Part shown: positions 1 through 6,959 of the stretch, piece by piece
Layout of the letters: each line of letters opens with the position of its first letter
How positions within the stretch are numbered: the first letter of the stretch is position 1
IMG/VR virus record: IMGVR_UViG_3300025816_000057
Coordinates: 1 to 28,171 of that record
Direction: 5' to 3' (one strand)
DNA from: a virus
Taxonomy: Duplodnaviria > Caudoviricetes
DNA length: 28,171 bases
Notes under the pieces: model-generated
Told to the model about the DNA's origin: nothing
Seen by the model: the letters and a program-made list of their open reading frames with translations, nothing else
Database searches by the model: none
Program-made: the position numbers and the translations under genes

Positions 1-365
1 TTTACAGTTGCTCTTTCACAGTGCCAAGTAGAAAATCCTTCTCCTGGTAGATATCTTTGTATATTAAAAATAGGACTTATAATACAAGGATCCATATTAT
101 CCATAGCAACTTTATGTCTCAACATATAGTCACTTAATCCTTTTTCTAATACTGGGATTAGATTTGTAAGTAGGGGATTCCAGTTAGGGTTATTTAAGTG
201 TTTAGGTGTAAAAGAAATATCAGTGGATTTTTTACCACTTTTTGAGGAAGTACCTTCAGGACCATATAGAGCTCCAGGTTGTTTTTCATCAGATTTTTCA
301 AATGTTTGTATAAAACCACTACATATTTTTAAATCTAAAGCATTTTCTTTAGTATAAAGAAACAT
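1..365 (-). CDS. 2OG-Fe(II) oxygenase (prolyl-4-hydroxylase-like), 3' truncated at window edge
   Basis: Not in the ORF track; translated by hand from the ATG at 365-363: MFLYTKENALDLKICSGFIQTFEKSDEKQPG...KKSTDISF...FNIQRYLPGEGFSTWHCERATV, open to position 1. 'NIQRY.PGEGF..WHCE' matches the start of the jelly-roll and HxD/E iron-binding motif of phage 2OG-Fe(II) oxygenases. The distal His and Arg lie outside the window. Confidence 0.85.
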   Translation of the reverse strand, partial: MFLYTKENALDLKICSGFIQTFEKSDEKQPGALYGPEGTSSKSGKKSTDISFTPKHLNNPNWNPLLTNLIPVLEKGLSDYMLRHKVAMDNMDPCIISPIFNIQRYLPGEGFSTWHCERATV

Positions 366-368
366 ATA

Positions 369-1043
369 TTACTTATTTTTTTGACCTAACAAGTGTACCT
401 TTTTAGCATCTGTAAATGTAAGAAGTTTATCATCTTTAGTTTTTAATCTTTCAACAGTCTGTAATGGACCTAAAGCATTCATTACCTCAGAAGGAGTAGA
501 AGATGCATTTAATGTATTTACTCTATTTTGTAAAGTTCGATGTAATGAAGCTGCTTGATGATTATCTACATTTTGAGAATCAAATGTTCCATCATCTAAC
601 TCTCCTTTAAGTTTAGACCAAGTTTGAATCTCTCTTACTCTATCATGTGCTACTTGTTCCATACAAGCTCTATTATATAAATTTTGATCTAAATCAATCT
701 GCGCTTCCATAGCATCAAGTTCATCTTCTGCTTCAGCTAACTTTTTTTCTAATCTAAGTTTATCAACTGTATTTCTTCTAAGATCAAAAGATAAACCCAT
801 CATAGCATCAAAATGTGCTGATTGTTCTCTTACTGATTGCCAATATTTGGAAGCTGGTGTTGGGTGTTTAGCATCGTTTAAAACTGAGATTCTCATCTCT
901 GTTTCTGTTCTAAAGATTTGTTTTTTATTCCAGTTGTCTTTTAGTTCATCTTTAAGCGCTAAAATCTCTTCAGCATCTTTAGGTGTTAGTACAGCTAAAA
1001 TATGTTTTAAATCTTCAGTTTCTGCTAGTTGTTGTTCACTCAT
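369..1043 (-). CDS. Hypothetical phage protein with central coiled coil (224 aa)
   Basis: ATG-TAA ORF co-oriented with its neighbours; heptad-like charged segment (DKLRLEKKLAEAEDELDAMEAQIDLD); no catalytic motif recognised. Confidence 0.8.
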   Translation of the reverse strand: MSEQQLAETEDLKHILAVLTPKDAEEILALKDELKDNWNKKQIFRTETEMRISVLNDAKHPTPASKYWQSVREQSAHFDAMMGLSFDLRRNTVDKLRLEKKLAEAEDELDAMEAQIDLDQNLYNRACMEQVAHDRVREIQTWSKLKGELDDGTFDSQNVDNHQAASLHRTLQNRVNTLNASSTPSEVMNALGPLQTVERLKTKDDKLLTFTDAKKVHLLGQKNK

Positions 1044-1064
1044 AACTTAGTTTTTGTTTATATG

Positions 1065-1096
1065 TAAAGATAATAAATAGGAGTTGCTACTCCAAA
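1065..1096 (-). promoter_or_regulatory. Candidate Bacteroidota-type housekeeping promoter (-33 TTTG / -7 TAnnTTTG-like)
   Basis: Minus strand reads TTTG-N20-TATCTTTA, 21 nt upstream of the ATG at 1043. The Bacteroidota consensus is TTTG-N(~19-21)-TAnnTTTG; there is one mismatch, at the last base. Confidence 0.55.
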
Positions 1097-1103
1097 TGTT
1101 TTG

Positions 1104-1113
1104 TAATAAATAT
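1104..1113 (-). promoter_or_regulatory. Candidate phage late-promoter motif ATATTTATTA
   Basis: Intergenic copy of the recurring TATTTAT(A/T)A motif; a second core copy lies at 1071-1079. Confidence 0.45.
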
Positions 1114-1122
1114 TAAATAATA

Positions 1123-1383
1123 TTACTTTGGTGTAGTTCTTATGTTATACATTCTTTGGTCTATTTCATCCCATTTTTTTCTTGGGCAAGCACCTACATT
1201 TGGGGAAAATATTTTACCTTTTAATAAGCAACCACATACACCACAAGTATTTACTTTTAGAGTGGTTTTTTTAAACTCACAATTATTGCATATTTCTATC
1301 CTTTGAGATGCAAGTTCTGATTGTTTACTATTGGGGTCAAAACTGATGTTCCAAGATTTAAATATCTCTTCAATCTTATTCAT
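1123..1383 (-). CDS. Small Cys-rich putative metal-binding protein (DUF6171-like)
   Basis: Pattern R.EICxxC...CxxCGC...CP.KKW (6 Cys) in an 86-aa ORF. Confidence 0.75.
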   Translation of the reverse strand: MNKIEEIFKSWNISFDPNSKQSELASQRIEICNNCEFKKTTLKVNTCGVCGCLLKGKIFSPNVGACPRKKWDEIDQRMYNIRTTPK

Positions 1384-1399
1384 AACTAGATTTTACCCA

Positions 1400-4222
1400 T
1401 TATGGACAATCACTAAAGGTTAATGTTCTAACATACGTTTTAACTTTCCAGTTATCAGATGTTGCTGTTGCTCTTAATCTTGCATTTCCTGCGTTTATGT
1501 CTGTGCTTAATGTTAATCCTGAAGTAGTTCCAATATCTGCTGTACTATCTTCTGATGAGTTAATACTAGTACCATCCCATACTGCTTTTATAGTACCAGC
1601 TCTATAGTTAGTACCATCTGAAAGAACATAATCAAAAAATGCTGATGAAAAATCTGATGTACTAACTGTTGCTACAGTTTCAGTTCCAGTATCTACATCA
1701 CAGTTAACTTGAGTAGTTAAATTAGTATTTTCTATTGTAAAACTATCTGCGTATGATGCTGTAGTTGTTATACCACCTATTGAGGCACAAACTCTACCTG
1801 CTGTAGCAAAACTAAATACAACATCTAAGTTATTAGCATCTATAGTATTAATCTCTTCTGGTATTATTACTTGTCCAGAGGTGTTAAATACCATTACTGT
1901 TGGGTATCTGTTATTTAATCCATGATTAAATGACCAAGTAAGAGCAGCAACTGTTTGATCTAAACATACATTATATCCTAACTCACCAGTTTCACCTTTA
2001 TTTCCTTCAATACCTTGTATTCCTTGAACACCTGTGAATCCTTGTATTCCTTGAATACCTTGTGTACCTTGTATTCCTTGAGTACCTTGTAATCCTCGGA
2101 TACCTTGTATTCCTTGAGCACCTGTTTCTCCTTGTATTCCTTGTATTCCTTGAGCACCTGTTTCTCCTTTAGTACCCTCTGTACCTTGAATACCTTGTGT
2201 ACCTTGTATTCCTTGGATACCTTGTGTTCCAACTTCTCCTTTTTGTCCTTTATCTCCTCTATCTCCTGTAGTTACAAAAGAAACTATAATATCTTCATTA
2301 TTAATAAATGGGGATGTTGCTGATTGAGTGCTAATAGCAATATCTACTGTCCACCAACCTGTATTATCAGTTAAATCAGTTATACTAAATAATAAGAAAT
2401 CATTTGGATCAAACTTATTAGATATTCTTACAAATCCTTTTACTGCTGAGGTAACTGAATCTATAGATGTTAAAAATGAGTTAATACTAGTACCATTTAC
2501 ATCAGTAGCATCAATATACATCTCATCAGAGGATGCTTGGAGAGAGTTATTAAGTCTTGTTTTTCCTGTTCCTGGATCAGCTGAGGTAGTTGATGTATCA
2601 AAAGTGTAATCAAAAGTTGCTCCACCAAATGATCCATCAGTTCCTTGAGCACCTATTGACCCTTGTAAACCTTGTGTTCCTTGTGTACCTTGTGCACCTT
2701 GTATTCCTTGGATACCTTGTGCCCCTGTATCGCCTTTAGTACCTTCTTCACCTTGAACACCTTGTGCCCCTTGAGTTCCTTGAATACCTTGGATACCTTG
2801 AACTCCTATTTCACCTTTATCTCCTTTAGATCCTTTAGCACCTGATGTACCTTGAATACCTTGTGCTCCTGTATCTCCTTTTTGCCCATCTGCACCTTGG
2901 ATACCTTGGGCACCTTGTATTCCTATTTCTCCTTTATCTCCTTTAGTACCATCTGTACCTTGTATTCCAGTTTCTCCTTGAATACCTTGAGTTCCTTGTA
3001 CTCCAACTTCACCTTTAGTACCTGTTTCTCCTTGTATACCTTGAATACCTTGTGCCCCTATTTCTCCTTTAGTACCAGTTTCTCCTTGTATACCTTGAGT
3101 TCCTTGTATTCCTTGAATACCCGTTTCACCTTGGATACCTTGTGTACCTTGGATACCTTGTACTCCTATTTCACCTTTTGCTCCTATAGCACCTTGTGTT
3201 CCTTGAGCACCTTGTATTCCTTGGATACCTTGAGTTCCTTGGGTTCCAACTTCACCTTTAGTACCTGTTTCACCTTGAATACCTTGGATACCTTGTACTC
3301 CTATTTCACCTTTTGCTCCTATAGCACCTTGTGTTCCTTGAGCACCTTGTATTCCTTGGATACCTTGTGCTCCTGTATCCCCCTTAGTACCTGTTTCTCC
3401 TTGAATACCTTGGATACCTTGTGTTCCTGTATCCCCTTTTGCACCTGTTATACCTTGAGCTCCTTTTTGTCCATCTGTTCCCTGTATACCCGTCTCACCT
3501 TGAACACCTTGAATACCTTGTGCTCCTGTGTCCCCCTTAGTACCTGTTTCTCCTTGAATTCCTTGTGTACCTTGAGTACCTGTTTCACCTTGAACACCTT
3601 GTGTTCCTTGAATACCTTGTGCTCCTGTATCTCCTTTAGTACCATCTGTACCCTGTATTCCTGTATTTCCTTGAATACCTTGTGACCCCGTATCTCCTTT
3701 TTGACCAGTTATACCTTGAGCTCCTTTTTGTCCATCTGTACCTTGTATACCTGTTTCACCTTGAGTACCTTGAATACCCTGAATACCTTGTGCCCCTTTT
3801 TCTCCTGTTTCGCCTTGTACACCTTGTGTACCTTGAAGACCTGTACCTGTTTGACCTATTGTACCTTGAGTACCTTGTGTACCTGTTTCACCTTGAATAC
3901 CTTGTGTACCTTGTAATCCTGTATCTCCTTTTGCACCTGTTGTTCCTTGTGTTCCTTGTGGTCCTTGATTAAGAGTTCCAGAATATAAAGTTCCATCTGT
4001 ATCTATTAATACAGAATTAAAAGGACTAGCTGTATTATTTTCATATACAGATTTAAGAACTACCGAACCAGTAACTTTAAGAGAACCTGTTAACTCTAAT
4101 GAACCTGATACAGTAATATCATAAGCGTCGGCACCTGTAAAGGCATCTACTGATTGAGATACTTGTGAGGCTTCAATAGTTTCTCCTGTTAGAATACCAT
4201 TATATATAAATTGTTTTGCCAT
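1400..4222 (-). CDS. Collagen-like tail/virion fibre protein (940 aa)
   Basis: Two Gly-X-Y tracts (about 149 and 33 triplets) separated by a globular domain (FDYTFDTSTTSADPGTG...), followed by two beta-rich C-terminal domains (WSFNHGLNNRYPTVMV...; SAFFDYVLSDGTNYRAGTI...). Located at the end of the baseplate module. Confidence 0.9.
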   Translation of the reverse strand: MAKQFIYNGILTGETIEASQVSQSVDAFTGADAYDITVSGSLELTGSLKVTGSVVLKSVYENNTASPFNSVLIDTDGTLYSGTLNQGPQGTQGTTGAKGDTGLQGTQGIQGETGTQGTQGTIGQTGTGLQGTQGVQGETGEKGAQGIQGIQGTQGETGIQGTDGQKGAQGITGQKGDTGSQGIQGNTGIQGTDGTKGDTGAQGIQGTQGVQGETGTQGTQGIQGETGTKGDTGAQGIQGVQGETGIQGTDGQKGAQGITGAKGDTGTQGIQGIQGETGTKGDTGAQGIQGIQGAQGTQGAIGAKGEIGVQGIQGIQGETGTKGEVGTQGTQGIQGIQGAQGTQGAIGAKGEIGVQGIQGTQGIQGETGIQGIQGTQGIQGETGTKGEIGAQGIQGIQGETGTKGEVGVQGTQGIQGETGIQGTDGTKGDKGEIGIQGAQGIQGADGQKGDTGAQGIQGTSGAKGSKGDKGEIGVQGIQGIQGTQGAQGVQGEEGTKGDTGAQGIQGIQGAQGTQGTQGLQGSIGAQGTDGSFGGATFDYTFDTSTTSADPGTGKTRLNNSLQASSDEMYIDATDVNGTSINSFLTSIDSVTSAVKGFVRISNKFDPNDFLLFSITDLTDNTGWWTVDIAISTQSATSPFINNEDIIVSFVTTGDRGDKGQKGEVGTQGIQGIQGTQGIQGTEGTKGETGAQGIQGIQGETGAQGIQGIRGLQGTQGIQGTQGIQGIQGFTGVQGIQGIEGNKGETGELGYNVCLDQTVAALTWSFNHGLNNRYPTVMVFNTSGQVIIPEEINTIDANNLDVVFSFATAGRVCASIGGITTTASYADSFTIENTNLTTQVNCDVDTGTETVATVSTSDFSSAFFDYVLSDGTNYRAGTIKAVWDGTSINSSEDSTADIGTTSGLTLSTDINAGNARLRATATSDNWKVKTYVRTLTFSDCP
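1970..2266 (-). repeat. Collagen Gly-X-Y tract 2 (33 uninterrupted triplets)
   Basis: GDR GDK GQK ... GEL GYN; 9-nt periodic DNA. Confidence 0.95.
2618..3964 (-). repeat. Collagen Gly-X-Y tract 1 (about 149 triplets, one G-T imperfection)
   Basis: From GPQ (aa 87) to GSF GGA; dominated by GIQ, GTQ, GAQ, GET, GTK and GDT; 9-nt periodic DNA (accttgtat/accttgaat on the + strand). Confidence 0.95.
3145..3367. repeat. Exact 88-bp direct repeat (3145-3232 and 3280-3367) inside the collagen tract
   Basis: Compared base by base; identical including wobble positions; offset 135 nt (15 triplets). Confidence 0.9.
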
Positions 4223-4235
4223 TGTTTAGTATTAT

Positions 4236-5186
4236 TTACTGTTTATCAATATTCACTAATATAGTTGTATCTGTAGTCCTTGATGTTGGTAAGGGTTGTG
4301 CTAGTTTTCCAACTGCCATCAACTCATAGTTATTGTTATACATACCAACTGTTGTAACATAAGGAGAAAAGAATGATGAAGTTACATAGTTATAAACTGT
4401 TCCATCATTGCTTGAACCTGATATTACTGTAGGGTTTAAAGTGTACCCAAACTCACTTTCTCCAATAGTACATTTATATTGCGACTCATAAATAGTAAAA
4501 GAACTTGAGAAAGACATAGTAATATTAGAACTAGTTACAAAGTTTTCTATATCACTGTTTGTTATAACTCCCGTTCCTGTTGATCCGGTATTTTCTAATC
4601 TTGTTCCCCCAGTAAAAACTATTATTCCATGATCGTATGTTACATTTCCAACAAAAATTGAACTGGTAGGTGATTGTAAGGGGGTATTCATTTTTAATCT
4701 ACCTTCACCATCATCAAAATAACTTCCACTATCAGTTTCTATTACAACAGAGTTAGGTAATATAAAATCACCAAACATTGCTTTAGGAACAGACATTACA
4801 CCTATAGATTCATTAGAACCTGTAGGCCAATATTTTTTAGGATTTAAATCGGTTTGGGGATAGTTGTAATATCCGTTGGAAGCAACCAATCCAGTTGTTG
4901 TACCGTCGGGGTTTATGGATTGTGTATTTGCTTGCTGTACCTCACCGCCACTACCGGAAATATAGTTAGAATAATATAGTTGTTGTATTGAATAATATAT
5001 AGCAGATTGAGATACAAAGTTATTATATCCTGTTGATTCTGTTGTATTATCTTGATTACCTAAATATCTACTTATATTAACATTTGAGGCAGTTAAAGAA
5101 CTACTACCCACAAAACTAAACCCTTTTGTCAGTTCCAATGGGGATATTATAATATCCTGTGAATTAAACTGCTTATAGGCTGCCAT
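4236..5186 (-). CDS. Virion structural protein, putative baseplate/fibre-attachment protein (paralogue of 5191-6240)
   Basis: C-terminal SEFGYTLNPT...YVTTVGMYNNNYELMAVGKLAQPL motif shared with the neighbouring gene; Ser/Thr/Gly-rich; located in the tail module. Confidence 0.7.
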   Translation of the reverse strand: MAAYKQFNSQDIIISPLELTKGFSFVGSSSLTASNVNISRYLGNQDNTTESTGYNNFVSQSAIYYSIQQLYYSNYISGSGGEVQQANTQSINPDGTTTGLVASNGYYNYPQTDLNPKKYWPTGSNESIGVMSVPKAMFGDFILPNSVVIETDSGSYFDDGEGRLKMNTPLQSPTSSIFVGNVTYDHGIIVFTGGTRLENTGSTGTGVITNSDIENFVTSSNITMSFSSSFTIYESQYKCTIGESEFGYTLNPTVISGSSNDGTVYNYVTSSFFSPYVTTVGMYNNNYELMAVGKLAQPLPTSRTTDTTILVNIDKQ

Positions 5187-5190
5187 TTAT

Positions 5191-6240
5191 TTAAAAATCT
5201 AATTTAACTCTTATAAGTGCTTCTTTAGTAAAATCTTTGTTTAATGGTTTTGATAACTTTGCTACCGCTAATAAGTCATTTTCATCATTATATAATCCTA
5301 CTGTTGTCATATAGGTTTGAGGATTATTAATAAAATAGTTATAAGCTACTTCTCCAGTTGATCCAGAAATATATGAAGGGTTAGTTGAATAATTAAACTC
5401 ACTGTTTCTTGCTCTAACAAATACAAAATCTGAAGTTATTGTTTCTTCAGAATTAAGACCAAAACTAGGAGATAAAACACCTGATCCTGAAATTGCTTGG
5501 TATATTTTTTCGTTATTTCCTCCTTCTGTATTACTTGTTTGAACTGTTCCTAAGTTTATTCCTTGGGCATCATTTAAATCTAATGCATCACCATTTAATA
5601 TTATAGTTCCAATATCCGGAAGAAATAAACCATATGAACCATTAGAGGTAGTGTAACCATTTCCTCCTCCAGCACTATTCCAAGCTGTACCATCTGATCC
5701 ACTTATTATTTGATATGCTCTTGTAGTACCATAATAGTCAGGTACAGTAACCATTTGAGAGTTATCTGTTAAAGATATAGAATTTCCAGATCCAACTGAA
5801 CCACTTAAGATTAGATTTAATGAACCAGGAAATAATGCTTGTTTGTAAGCTGCTCTTTCAATACTTAAAACATAAATGGAACTACCAGAAACACCTCCAA
5901 ATACAAATCCAGAATTTTCATCTTCTAAAACTAATGTTCTATATTGACCATATATTGTTGAAGTTGGAGAAACACCAGGATTAGCAGTTTCATTATAAGC
6001 TAAAGCTCCTCCTCCTATTTCATTACCATATGCTACCTCAAATTGTGCTACAGCAGGTGCGGCGGCATCATCTCCAGAATTATTAAATACAGTTGTATAG
6101 TAAGTACCTGAAGATCCATTAGTTTGACTTGATTGTGTAAAGAAGGTAGTTAATGCTGGAACATTATTGCTCCAACAGGTAGCAGTTTGTGCTTGTGCAC
6201 TTACTACAAAATCATCTGCTTCTAATCTTTTAAATCCCAT
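5191..6240 (-). CDS. Virion structural protein, putative baseplate/fibre-attachment protein (paralogue of 4236-5186)
   Basis: C-terminal SEFNYSTNPS...YMTTVGLYNDENDLLAVAKLSKPL, resembling the 'I.E.GL.D..G.L.AVA' strand pair of P2 gpH-type fibre N-terminal domains. Confidence 0.7.
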   Translation of the reverse strand: MGFKRLEADDFVVSAQAQTATCWSNNVPALTTFFTQSSQTNGSSGTYYTTVFNNSGDDAAAPAVAQFEVAYGNEIGGGALAYNETANPGVSPTSTIYGQYRTLVLEDENSGFVFGGVSGSSIYVLSIERAAYKQALFPGSLNLILSGSVGSGNSISLTDNSQMVTVPDYYGTTRAYQIISGSDGTAWNSAGGGNGYTTSNGSYGLFLPDIGTIILNGDALDLNDAQGINLGTVQTSNTEGGNNEKIYQAISGSGVLSPSFGLNSEETITSDFVFVRARNSEFNYSTNPSYISGSTGEVAYNYFINNPQTYMTTVGLYNDENDLLAVAKLSKPLNKDFTKEALIRVKLDF

Positions 6241-6251
6241 TATTATTTATT

Positions 6252-6917
6252 TTATGTTGTTGATTTGGTTACTGTTATAGGAACAGTTATTCTAGCTCCA
6301 CTATCCAATCCTACTATGGTTAATGTACTTACTAAAGTGGCATTAGAACCAAATAGTGTATTAACTGTAGTTGCTCTAAGAGATATTTGAGTTCCTGTTA
6401 CTGTAGAGGAAACATTAGTTCCTATAGTAGTTGTTGCAGTTGCATTAGCGGCTGCAGCAGCATCAGTATTAATACCAGTTGCTGTAAATGTACTCATTAA
6501 TCTTACATCTGCTATAGTTGCACTATATCCAGCTGTTTCAAAAACTTGATCATTACCTAAGTAATTTAAAGTTTGAGGAGTAATAGCTATTGTAGCTCCT
6601 TGTTGTAATGTAATTGAAGTATATCCTACATTCAATACAGGTAGCTTTGCTGTACCTCTAGGTAAAGTAGCTAACTTAAATTTCATTATTTGAGATTCCT
6701 CAGGAAATGCTTCTAGTAAAGGCATACCATCTATGGCTTGACCATAAAATGCAGAACCTGAGGGATGTGAAGGATTATAAAGCATATAATCAATTTCATC
6801 ATCTGCTAAAGCAAATTGTGTTATTCTAAAGGAACCATCATTAGCTGCTAATGCTTGTCTTCCTTTTGTAGTTAAGATAGCATCTACTGTAATGACGCTG
6901 TTATTTAAATATCCCAT
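6252..6917 (-). CDS. Virion structural protein (221 aa), N-terminus resembles a tail-fibre anchor domain
   Basis: N-terminal ILTTKGRQALAANDGSFRITQFALADD; Thr-rich beta-strand (Ig-like?) C-terminal half. Confidence 0.65.
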   Translation of the reverse strand: MGYLNNSVITVDAILTTKGRQALAANDGSFRITQFALADDEIDYMLYNPSHPSGSAFYGQAIDGMPLLEAFPEESQIMKFKLATLPRGTAKLPVLNVGYTSITLQQGATIAITPQTLNYLGNDQVFETAGYSATIADVRLMSTFTATGINTDAAAAANATATTTIGTNVSSTVTGTQISLRATTVNTLFGSNATLVSTLTIVGLDSGARITVPITVTKSTT

Positions 6918-6948
6918 TTTTGTTTTTTTATATAAGTGTGGTTATATG

Positions 6949-6958
6949 TTATAAATAT
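6949..6958 (-). promoter_or_regulatory. Candidate phage late-promoter motif ATATTTATAA
   Basis: Lies within the 12-mer CATATTTATAAC (6948-6959), which is identical to 24994-25005; 31 nt upstream of the ATG at 6917. Confidence 0.6.
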
Positions 6959-6959
6959 G

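Noticed and set aside
1970-3964. Repeat tract as a CRISPR array or DGR template/variable repeat
   Set aside because: The repeats are in-frame coding triplets with no unique spacers. The 88-bp pair is identical, with no adenine-specific differences, and there is no cas or reverse transcriptase gene in the window.
1978-3972. Alternative-frame and antisense ORFs over the collagen gene (1978-2232, 2105-2323, 2328-2609, 2852-3685, 3448-3645, 3682-3972, 3701-3916)
   Set aside because: Shadow frames, mostly produced by the 9-nt periodic Gly-X-Y DNA; all lie within a convincing CDS.
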